Part shown: piece after piece, positions 24,923 to 32,000 of the stretch
Layout: each line of letters opens with the position of its first letter
How positions within the stretch are numbered: the first letter of the stretch is position 1
Origin: Formosa sp. Hel1_33_131
Lineage (GTDB): Bacteria > Bacteroidota > Bacteroidia > Flavobacteriales > Flavobacteriaceae
Direction: 5' to 3'
Length of the DNA: 32,000 nucleotides
Assembly (NCBI RefSeq): GCF_001735745.1
Contig: NZ_CP017260.1
Span: 1,170,001 to 1,202,000 of the forward strand
Made by a program: the position numbers and the translations under genes
The notes under the pieces: model-generated
The model's input: only the letters and a program-made list of their open reading frames with translations
Database searches by the model: none
What the model was told of the DNA's origin: nothing

Positions 24923-25363
24923 TTATACCTTTTTAATCACATTGGTGACAATCCCCCAAATTACAAAATCATTTTCTTCTGTGATTTTGATAGGCTGATA
25001 CTTTTTATTTTCTGGCTGCAACCAAACCTCATCCTTTTCAACCTTGAGACGTTTCACCGTAAATTCGCCATCTAAAAAGCAGACCGCTATTTTATTATGG
25101 GCTGGAGAAAGGCTGCGATCGATTACCAAAAGATCGTTGTCGCTCAACCCCGCATCAATCATTGATTGCCCACTCACCCGTGCAAAAAAAGTGGCTTCTT
25201 TATTTTTGATGAGCTCGTTATCTAACGAAAGACGTTCTTGTTTAAAGTCCTCTGCTGGCGATGGAAATCCTGCGGAGATGCCTGTATCAAAATAGACGGC
25301 ACCTAAGGTGTTGAGGTTTTCAGGGGTGAAAAAAGTAAGCGCTGTGTTTTGTTTTATGGACAT
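24923..25363 (-). CDS. umuD: UmuD-like S24 peptidase (translesion polymerase V accessory subunit / LexA-family autopeptidase domain)
   Basis: [12 protein letters not shown] (Ala-Gly cleavage-site region), the SGQSM Ser nucleophile and the FTVKRL Lys. Colinear with E. coli UmuD (…CGFPSPAADY…SGDSMIDGGISDGDLL…DGEFTVKKL). It overlaps umuC by 10 nt. Confidence 0.85.
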   Translation of the reverse strand: MSIKQNTALTFFTPENLNTLGAVYFDTGISAGFPSPAEDFKQERLSLDNELIKNKEATFFARVSGQSMIDAGLSDNDLLVIDRSLSPAHNKIAVCFLDGEFTVKRLKVEKDEVWLQPENKKYQPIKITEENDFVIWGIVTNVIKKV

Positions 25364-26616
25364 TGGACTGTAATTATATCTTTAAAATTGGTCGTGTAGT
25401 GCGGCGATAAATGTTCTTGACGCATTTTCCACGTACGTTTTAAATCTTGATTGGCTAATTTTAATTTTGGGGCGTCGTACTTTTTATTAATAAAGTCGAT
25501 GGTACGCATCAACGGAAGGTGTTTTGGATCTTCACCACCAAACAACTGCAATTGGTGGTTGTCTGTTGGAACAATCCCCGTAAGGATGACTCCTGCTTTT
25601 TTGTATTGAATTCCTTTTTTATAAATTGAAGCCACTGCTTTGACGGCATTCGTACTTAGGGTTAAACTAGAGTTGGTAGGAAACGGAATGTTGACCACAA
25701 CACTGGCACGGTGCTGCTCGGTATCTTTTTTATGGTAATCACTTCGTAAAAAAATAATCATCATATGACAACTAGAGCCTTGTTTCCGAAGCTTTTCAGC
25801 ACCACTACAAGCAAATGTAGAAATGCGTTCTTTGATGTCTTCAATATCTTTAATAGAAGATTCAAAACTACGGGTGGTCGCAATGGCACGTTTGTTTTTA
25901 ATGGTTTCCGTCTCAATTTTAGAAATGCCTTCCAAATCTTTTTTTAGTTTCCATTCTGTAATAGAAAACGTTTTACGCACCCACATATCGGGGAGTTGTA
26001 CAAAGTCATAAGCCGTTTTACACTGCTTCACGGAAAGGCGTTTGTGTAGTGCAGAGCCAATGCCCCAAACATCTTTAAGCTGTGTCCATTTCAAAGCTTT
26101 GATGCGTTTTTCTTCACTGTCAATCACATAAACACCCCCTGTTTCTTTAGGAAACTTTCGGGCAATTTTATTGGCAACTTTACTCAAAGCCTTGGTGGGT
26201 GCAATCCCAACACAGGTAGGAATCCCTGTCCAACTTAAAATGCGTTGGCGCATCTCAGTTCCGTATGTATGTAAGTCATAGGCATCAAACCCGTTGAGTT
26301 TTAAAAACGCTTCGTCAATACTATACACTTCTACATCGGGGGAAAATTGTTCTAAAATGCGCATCACACGACTGCTCATGTCGCCATAGAGCGCGTAATT
26401 GGATGAAAACAATTGAATGTTGTTGGCCTTGAAAAATGCTTTAAACTTAAATGCAGGTGCACCCATAGGGAGTCCCAGTGCTTTTGCTTCGTCACTGCGC
26501 GCAATCACACAGCCATCGTTATTCGATAAAATGGCAATCGGTTTTTGGCGTAAACTCGGGTTAAAAACCCGCTCACAGGAGGCGTAAAAGTTATTACAAT
26601 CAACAAGTGCAAACAT
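25354..26616 (-). CDS. umuC: Y-family DNA polymerase, UmuC-like (translesion synthesis)
   Basis: The N-terminus [48 protein letters not shown] is nearly colinear with E. coli UmuC. SIDEAFL is the catalytic acidic motif. Confidence 0.9.
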   Translation of the reverse strand: MFALVDCNNFYASCERVFNPSLRQKPIAILSNNDGCVIARSDEAKALGLPMGAPAFKFKAFFKANNIQLFSSNYALYGDMSSRVMRILEQFSPDVEVYSIDEAFLKLNGFDAYDLHTYGTEMRQRILSWTGIPTCVGIAPTKALSKVANKIARKFPKETGGVYVIDSEEKRIKALKWTQLKDVWGIGSALHKRLSVKQCKTAYDFVQLPDMWVRKTFSITEWKLKKDLEGISKIETETIKNKRAIATTRSFESSIKDIEDIKERISTFACSGAEKLRKQGSSCHMMIIFLRSDYHKKDTEQHRASVVVNIPFPTNSSLTLSTNAVKAVASIYKKGIQYKKAGVILTGIVPTDNHQLQLFGGEDPKHLPLMRTIDFINKKYDAPKLKLANQDLKRTWKMRQEHLSPHYTTNFKDIITVQCP

Positions 26617-26646
26617 GGTATAAAGGTAATGTATTTGCTGTTTTTA

Positions 26647-26659
26647 TTGTTCTTAACAA
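26647..26659. promoter_or_regulatory. Inverted repeat TTGTT-CTT-AACAA upstream of umuC (candidate operator)
   Basis: Perfect 5-3-5 palindrome read directly from the sequence, 31-43 nt upstream of the umuC ATG in the divergent umuC/TonB-receptor intergenic region. Its function is not established. Confidence 0.3.
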
Positions 26660-26728
26660 GTGAAATGTTTAAAGTTATTTATTTGATTTTATGGATTGAG
26701 GTATAAAAGTATTTATATATTTACACAA

Positions 26729-26736
26729 TAATTTTG
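26729..26736 (+). promoter_or_regulatory. Candidate -7 box TAATTTTG for the 607-aa TonB-dependent receptor
   Basis: TAnnTTTG match 23 nt upstream of ATG 26759. Confidence 0.4.
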
Positions 26737-26758
26737 ACCAAATAAAACTAAAATTCTT

Positions 26759-28582
26759 ATGAAGACTAAACTTTGTTTATCACTATTCGTACTTAGTGTT
26801 TTTTCATCTCATAATGTATGGGCGCAGCAACCTTCAGAGGCGCAAAAATTAGATTCCATTACGATTACTTCGACGGCGATTGAATTGCCTTTTAAAAAGA
26901 ATTCTCGCACGATAACAATTATTTCATCAAAAGTTATAAAGCAAAGTCCTGCGACTAATTTGGCAGAGCTACTGCAACAAGAAGCGGGCATTGATGTAAG
27001 GCGCCAAGGTGTCAATGGAATGCAAGCAGATTTATACATTCGTGGAGGGAGTTTTGATCAAACACTCCTTTTGATTGATGGAATTAAAGTTGAAGACCCT
27101 CAAACAGGCCACCATACATTAAACATGGCACTGCCTCTGGAAGTAATCGAACGGGTTGAAATTATCAAAGGACCTGCAGCACGTGTTTTTGGACAAAATG
27201 CTTTTACGGGAGCCATTAATATCGTCACAAAATCAAATGCTGATGCTGTAAATTCAGTGGGATATAAAACGGGGTCTTACAATCAACAACAAGCCTCTGG
27301 AACCTTAGGGACTAACTTAAAAAACACAACGCTTATAGGACATGCTTCTCTAAATACTTCTGATGGCTATCGACATAATACCGATTTTGAAAATCAAAAT
27401 TATTTTGTAAAAGGACGTTTTAATACTACTACAAATCCTATTGATGTGATTGGTTATTTTGCCAAACGAGACTTTGGTGCGAATCAGTTTTATGCTGTTG
27501 AAAGTGGCAGTGATCAATATGAAGAAACACAAAGCAGTCTTGTGGGAGCTTCTACAAAATTTAAAACTGAAAACTTTAAAATCACCCCACGAATCTATTG
27601 GAAACGGACTCAAGATATGTACTTATATGTTCGCGAAGACCCCTCTGTTTATAGAAACTTGCATCTCTCCAATAAGGTAGGGGTACAAGTCAATGCCTCT
27701 TACACTTCAAGTGCTGGAATAACGGGTTTTGGGATTGATGCTGCGAAGGTGTTTATGACCAGTACTAATTTAGGGGAGCGCGACCGACTGATGGCAAATC
27801 TGTTTGTTGAGCATCGGTTTTCTTTAGTAGATAATACTTTAGATATTACGCCAGGGGTCTCGGTAAATTATTTCTCTGATTTTAAATTTCATGCCTTTCC
27901 AGGCGTCGATGTCGGCTACTCTATTGATGATGTATTTAAAGCGTATGCAAATGTGGGCTATACCTATAGAGTACCAACCTATACCGATTTGTATTATGTA
28001 GGAAGAACGGATTTAGGGAATGCAAATTTAGAGCCTGAAAAAGCACTTTCTGGAGAAATTGGAGTAAGATATTTTGGAGTAAACGTTAATGCTTATATCG
28101 CTGTATTTAATCGATCTTCTAATAATTTGATTGATTATACCAAAGAAAATGTAGATGATAAATGGCTCGCTACAAATCTAAAAAGTTTAACCTCAACAGG
28201 CGTAGAATTGAATTTGTCTTCCAGCTTTAAATCGGGGCTGTACACTCAAAATATTAGTTTGGGATATACGTATTTAGATGAAAATTTAAACGACATCAAG
28301 ACCGCCTATTCTAAATATGTGCTCAACGCATTGACGCATCATTTTACGGCGACGGTTCGTTCGAAGTTTCTAAAAAATGTATCACAAAGTATCGTTTATA
28401 AATTTGCCGAACGTGCTTCAGGAACCAGTTATAGCGTGGTGGACGTAAAAGCCACTTTGAAGCTTTCAGACCTTGAACTTTCTGTCATTGGAAATAACAT
28501 TCTCAACACAGAATATGTGGAAACAGGCTTTGTCCCTATGCCAAAAGGAAATATTTTATTGGGTGTTAATTATGCGTTCTAA
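26759..28582 (+). CDS. TonB-dependent outer-membrane receptor (small, ~600 aa, BtuB/CirA-size class; substrate unknown)
   Basis: Signal peptide (MKTKLCLSLFVLSVFSSHNVWAQ). Plug-domain motifs are TIISSKVIKQSPATNLAELLQQEAGIDVRRQG...DLYIRGGSFDQTLLLIDGIKVEDP...IERVEIIKGPAARVFGQNAFTGAINIVTK. The barrel ends in the terminal aromatic (GVNYAF). Confidence 0.9.
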   Translation: MKTKLCLSLFVLSVFSSHNVWAQQPSEAQKLDSITITSTAIELPFKKNSRTITIISSKVIKQSPATNLAELLQQEAGIDVRRQGVNGMQADLYIRGGSFDQTLLLIDGIKVEDPQTGHHTLNMALPLEVIERVEIIKGPAARVFGQNAFTGAINIVTKSNADAVNSVGYKTGSYNQQQASGTLGTNLKNTTLIGHASLNTSDGYRHNTDFENQNYFVKGRFNTTTNPIDVIGYFAKRDFGANQFYAVESGSDQYEETQSSLVGASTKFKTENFKITPRIYWKRTQDMYLYVREDPSVYRNLHLSNKVGVQVNASYTSSAGITGFGIDAAKVFMTSTNLGERDRLMANLFVEHRFSLVDNTLDITPGVSVNYFSDFKFHAFPGVDVGYSIDDVFKAYANVGYTYRVPTYTDLYYVGRTDLGNANLEPEKALSGEIGVRYFGVNVNAYIAVFNRSSNNLIDYTKENVDDKWLATNLKSLTSTGVELNLSSSFKSGLYTQNISLGYTYLDENLNDIKTAYSKYVLNALTHHFTATVRSKFLKNVSQSIVYKFAERASGTSYSVVDVKATLKLSDLELSVIGNNILNTEYVETGFVPMPKGNILLGVNYAF

Positions 28583-28585
28583 AAA

Positions 28586-29062
28586 CTAGTTGACAATCGC
28601 ATTCACCTTGTCATATACCAGATGGGATTCCCATCCTCTATAGAGAAGGTAGTCGGCGAGTTTTTTCTTTTTTTTCCACGGATCCGTTTCGGTCAGCGTT
28701 GCTTCTTTTTTTTCTGCTAGTGCATGGAATGTTTCAAGGTAATCGTTAGGGTCAATTTCTTGAAGGGCGATTTTAATAATGTACTTAGACAGTTGGCGTT
28801 GTTTGAGTTCTAAGGTCAACCTTACTTTTCCCCATTTTTTGATTCTAAATTTTCCTCTTACAAATGCTTTTGCAAAACGTTCTTCGTTGAGGTGGCTGTC
28901 TTCAATGAGCGCGACAATGATAATTTCAACCGCTTCGGGAATCATTCGCATTTGTTTGAGTTTTTGCTCAACTTCTTTGTGACAACGGTCTTGATAGGCA
29001 CAATACTTTTGAAGTTTCGAAAGGGCTTCCTCTATAGTGTAAGTCTTGTGCGTTTGATACAT
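28586..29062 (-). CDS. recX: RecX-family regulatory protein (RecA inhibitor)
   Basis: 158 aa. ALSKLQKYCAYQDRCHKEVEQKL...DSHLNEERFAKAFVRGKFRIKKWGKVRLTLELKQRQLS...LADYLLYRGW matches the three-repeat helical RecX pattern seen in Bacteroidota. Confidence 0.85.
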   Translation of the reverse strand: MYQTHKTYTIEEALSKLQKYCAYQDRCHKEVEQKLKQMRMIPEAVEIIIVALIEDSHLNEERFAKAFVRGKFRIKKWGKVRLTLELKQRQLSKYIIKIALQEIDPNDYLETFHALAEKKEATLTETDPWKKKKKLADYLLYRGWESHLVYDKVNAIVN

Positions 29063-29064
29063 GC

Positions 29065-31467
29065 TTACAGTTTATAAGTAACCGCAAAAACCAGATTGGT
29101 TCCTGGGGCAGAAATCCCTGAAGAGTAAGTTCTGTAACGTTGATTGGTGATATTTTCGATGGTCCCTACAACAGAAAGTGATTTATTAAAATCAAATTGC
29201 GATCTAAGATTAAGACTGAACCAAGACGGTGCATAAGGTTTGCCTTGTGCATCTAAAGCAAATAAGTAATCTGCTAATTCCTCAGAGATATCTGAACCAG
29301 AAAGGGTGCCATTATAGTCTATAAACCCATCCATTTGAAACTTTTTGTATTTCCATATAAGGTGTGCATTTCCAAAAACAGGTGCTACATGTCTAACCGG
29401 CAATTCAACGCCCGCAGTGTCTTCTTGTACACCATGTACATAACTAAACTGAGTGGTGAACTTTAAGGCTTTAGAAAACCGAATTTTTGAACCTACTTCA
29501 AATCCATAAATCCAAGATTTAGAAGCATTTTGAATGGCTTGAATCTCGCTTATGTCTCCGTCGTAATACATTTCTGATGCGCCACTGACTGCAAAGCCTT
29601 TTCGAACCAATGCATTGTCTAAATACGTGTAATAGGCCGAACCATCAAAAATTACAGATTCTTCTATACTGATCGTGACGCCAAGTTCTCCCCCATACGC
29701 ATATTCGGGTTTAAGGTCACTGTTTGGCACCATAACTAATCCTTCTTGAGAGTCGAAAATTTTTCCGATATCATCAATGTTTGGCGCTCTAAAAGCAGTG
29801 GTCGCATTTAATTTCCAAAGAAAGGTATCGTTCGGACTCCAACTAAACCCAAGAGTCCCTGTAAGCGCGCTTGTATCAAGATCAGCCATTCTAAAAGGAA
29901 GGTTGTAAAATGCATTGTTATCTGTTAAGTCAGCATTAATCGTCACATAATTATACCGTATTCCAGATTGTACTGTAAGCTTTGAATTGGGCTTGTACTT
30001 GTGACTTAAATAGGCAGCTAAGGTTTGCCATTTTGAACCGTCTGGATAACGAGACGCAATCGCTTCTTTGGCGTTGGTATCGATGTTTGTTTTGTGTCCC
30101 GTCGAGCCCACTCTATTGTATATATACTCTGTTCCGTAAGAGATGTTAGAGCTATTGGAAAGTGTTTTGTAAAAATCAAAGTTCAATGAAACTGCATCCA
30201 CATTTTCTTCTCGAATTTTACGGGTATCAGAATCAAATCTTCTATTGATTCGACTCTCTTTAAAGTTTTGATAGGCAGCAGATATTTTAATTTTATCATA
30301 CAAGCTAGAACCGCTACTTAGTTTTGTCATTTGTAAGTTGGCAAGAAACCAATCTTGAGGGCCATAATTCCATTCAGCATAGTGTAAAATACCATCCGAT
30401 CCGTAGTTCGACAGTCGATCGTATCTTGGGTAATCGGAGGTGGTCGAATAATGAAGCCCTAGGTCGAATTTTAGATCGTCATTGGCTTTATAGAGCACTT
30501 TTTGAGCAAGATGCATTTGACGGAAATTAGTAAATTTCTGAACTCTTGGGGTCGTATTGGAAACCATAATATCTTGCCCGTTCACATACTGAGCGTAATG
30601 AAGGCTTAAGTAGTCATCAGGTCCATTGGCTCCCATCTTTAAATCTCCAAAATCAGAGACACTCACACTGCTGTGAAATCCCCATTTTTGAAATCCTAAG
30701 TTGAAATCCAGATGAGCAGTTTTTTCATTATTTGCAGAGGCATATCGAACGGTGCTACGAGCGGTCAAATTTGGAGTAGTGGATTCGGATAGTTTTGGGG
30801 TGGTGGTATAAAAATTCATGACCCCACCAATGGCATCACTTCCATAAATAACAGATCCAGACCCAAGAATAACTTCTGTTTTTTCAACATTAAAAGGATT
30901 TATTGACAATACATTTTGAACATTTCCACCTCTAAAAATGGCATTATTCAGACGCACTCCATCTATCGTGATTAGAAGTCGGTTTGTAGAAAACCCACGA
31001 ATCATTGGACTCCCACCGCCTAATTGACTTTTTTGTACAAAAACACGTCCGCTATTGCTTAGTAAATCGGCACTCGTTTGTGGATTGGATAATTGAACAT
31101 CTTTGGAGTTGATGCTAATAATATTTTGGGGAACTTCTTTTTTGTTTTGTTCAAATTTAGAGGCCGATATCACAACCTCGTTTAAACTTGTTGCTTTTGG
31201 AGACAAAAAAACAGTGTCTTGAATGGACGGTTTAAGAATTGAAAGATTATGATAGGAAAGGTGTTGAAAATAAATTTTATCAAACTCACTAAATGCATCC
31301 AAATTAACATGCCCATCAAAATCGGTAATTGCTGTTTTGGTTTTAAGGTTGTTAAAAACCGCAACCCCTGGGATGGGTTGGTCATCGGATTCATCGACCA
31401 CAACAGTTTGCTGAGCAGAGGTACTCAATATAAAAAAAGAGAAAATAGAAAGTAAAAAACGATTCAT
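29065..31467 (-). CDS. TonB-dependent outer-membrane receptor with an N-terminal carboxypeptidase-regulatory-like domain (800 aa; substrate unknown)
   Basis: Signal peptide (MNRFLLSIFSFFILSTSAQQ), then a CarbopepD_reg-like segment (PIPGVAVFNNLKTKTAITDFDGHVNL). The plug reads GGSPMIRGFSTNRLLITIDGVRLNN...VEKTEVILGSGSVIYGSDAIGGVMNF. The barrel has a FRAPNIDD...DLKPE box pair and a C-terminal ...FAVTYKL. Confidence 0.9.
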   Translation of the reverse strand: MNRFLLSIFSFFILSTSAQQTVVVDESDDQPIPGVAVFNNLKTKTAITDFDGHVNLDAFSEFDKIYFQHLSYHNLSILKPSIQDTVFLSPKATSLNEVVISASKFEQNKKEVPQNIISINSKDVQLSNPQTSADLLSNSGRVFVQKSQLGGGSPMIRGFSTNRLLITIDGVRLNNAIFRGGNVQNVLSINPFNVEKTEVILGSGSVIYGSDAIGGVMNFYTTTPKLSESTTPNLTARSTVRYASANNEKTAHLDFNLGFQKWGFHSSVSVSDFGDLKMGANGPDDYLSLHYAQYVNGQDIMVSNTTPRVQKFTNFRQMHLAQKVLYKANDDLKFDLGLHYSTTSDYPRYDRLSNYGSDGILHYAEWNYGPQDWFLANLQMTKLSSGSSLYDKIKISAAYQNFKESRINRRFDSDTRKIREENVDAVSLNFDFYKTLSNSSNISYGTEYIYNRVGSTGHKTNIDTNAKEAIASRYPDGSKWQTLAAYLSHKYKPNSKLTVQSGIRYNYVTINADLTDNNAFYNLPFRMADLDTSALTGTLGFSWSPNDTFLWKLNATTAFRAPNIDDIGKIFDSQEGLVMVPNSDLKPEYAYGGELGVTISIEESVIFDGSAYYTYLDNALVRKGFAVSGASEMYYDGDISEIQAIQNASKSWIYGFEVGSKIRFSKALKFTTQFSYVHGVQEDTAGVELPVRHVAPVFGNAHLIWKYKKFQMDGFIDYNGTLSGSDISEELADYLFALDAQGKPYAPSWFSLNLRSQFDFNKSLSVVGTIENITNQRYRTYSSGISAPGTNLVFAVTYKL

Positions 31468-31468
31468 C

Positions 31469-32000
31469 TTAACTGTAAACTTGATTTAAAACGGTTAACG
31501 ATCGGGGGTGCTTAAAGGCGTGTAAATGTAATTTAAAATAGTCTAAAATCATATTAAGTAACTCATGCTTTTGTGAGGAATTTAGCTCCTGAGTCATTGT
31601 AGTATCAAATTTTGTGCCCAAAAAAGGTTTTAGCAGTTTTAATTTTGAACCCGTAACACAATGTGCTCCATTTTGGAGTTGAAAATTACCGTTTTCTAAA
31701 TTAAAATAAGGAAGAGATTCATTGGTTGTATCAGGGTTAATTCCTAAAAATTTTGTCAGACCCATTAAAAATTGTTGGTGAAATGTTCCTGTTTTTTCTA
31801 CGGTATCAAACCACAATAAAGTTGTTTCAAGATATTCAAAAAGAGGAGGATTTGCTTCTTCTTCATTTAAAATCATGGACAAAATTTCAGCTAAAAATAA
31901 TAAAACAGTCGATTTAAAAACATTGGTGTGCAGAGATTCGTAGGGTTTGTACAATCGGACTTCTTTAAAATAATGCAAGCTGCGATTGTCTTTGTGTTCC
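31469..32000 (-). CDS. recO: DNA repair protein RecO (C-terminal ~177 aa; N-terminus lies beyond the window edge)
   Basis: The frame stays open upstream of the TTG used by the ORF track (…EHKDNRSLHYFKEV…) to the window end. The helical C-terminal region ends in the HLHAFKHPRSLTVLNQVYS pattern typical of flavobacterial RecO. Confidence 0.8.
   Translation of the reverse strand, partial: EHKDNRSLHYFKEVRLYKPYESLHTNVFKSTVLLFLAEILSMILNEEEANPPLFEYLETTLLWFDTVEKTGTFHQQFLMGLTKFLGINPDTTNESLPYFNLENGNFQLQNGAHCVTGSKLKLLKPFLGTKFDTTMTQELNSSQKHELLNMILDYFKLHLHAFKHPRSLTVLNQVYS

Noticed and set aside
26617-26758. Cobalamin or other riboswitch upstream of the BtuB-sized TonB-dependent receptor
   Set aside because: Only ~140 bp of very AT-rich sequence is shared with the divergent umuC promoter, and the -7 box sits 23 nt from the ATG. 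That leaves no room or GC content for a riboswitch aptamer.
26759-31467. The two TonB-dependent receptors as SusC-like components of a polysaccharide utilisation locus
   Set aside because: No SusD-like lipoprotein gene follows either receptor, and the neighbours are recX, recO and umuC. No glycoside hydrolase or hybrid two-component regulator is nearby.
1-32000. Window-wide look for CRISPR repeats, tRNA/rRNA genes, IS elements/terminal inverted repeats, integrases and phage or defence genes
   Set aside because: By eye there are no regularly spaced direct repeats, no cloverleaf-capable GC-rich intergenic segments (all gaps are AT-rich and 380 bp or shorter), and no transposase/integrase-like ORFs in any frame of the track. 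The remaining short nested ORFs (e.g. 5526-5753, 8761-8973, 9265-9570, 25044-25295, 27350-27613) are shadows of the annotated genes.

Overview
This is a low-GC, densely packed chromosomal segment that looks like core genome of a Flavobacteriia-class Bacteroidota bacterium. The evidence for that placement is a T9SS C-terminal sorting domain on a secreted GH16, TAnnTTTG-type -7 promoter boxes, A-rich leaders instead of Shine-Dalgarno sites, and asnS-rpoN and cyoE-coxIII-coxIII-coxIV-SCO-DUF420 gene order. Left to right the window holds: a MacAB-like ABC efflux module on the minus strand (adaptor, two FtsX permeases, ATPase); an AT-rich ~380-bp gap with an orphan XRE regulator; an eight-gene cytochrome c oxidase subunit/assembly operon (minus); a DUF5916/CBM9-like outer-membrane protein; the translation cluster rplM-rpsI, rpsB-tsf, pyrH-frr, interrupted by a secreted GH16 beta-glucanase; an orphan RND/MMPL-type transporter; asnS; rpoN; a umuDC translesion operon; and a compact block of two TonB-dependent receptors interleaved with recX and recO. 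I found no rRNA, tRNA, CRISPR array, transposase/integrase, or recognisable defence or toxin-antitoxin genes, and I cannot honestly point to a clear-cut novel multi-gene system. The most unusual things I can actually see are four. (i) A TonB-dependent receptor sits inside a recO-TBDR-recX unit with 1-2 nt junctions, next to umuDC. (ii) The oxidase assembly operon contains uncharacterised members (a Cys-less Sco-like protein and a 70-aa CxxC membrane protein), and one CoxIII paralog carries a ~125-aa soluble insertion. (iii) A TTGTT-N3-AACAA palindrome recurs at the umuC and rplM upstream regions. (iv) There are small regulatory-looking structures in the ribosomal-protein leaders and upstream of rpoN. 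All functional calls come from reading the translated ORFs and recognising family motifs; no database search was run.
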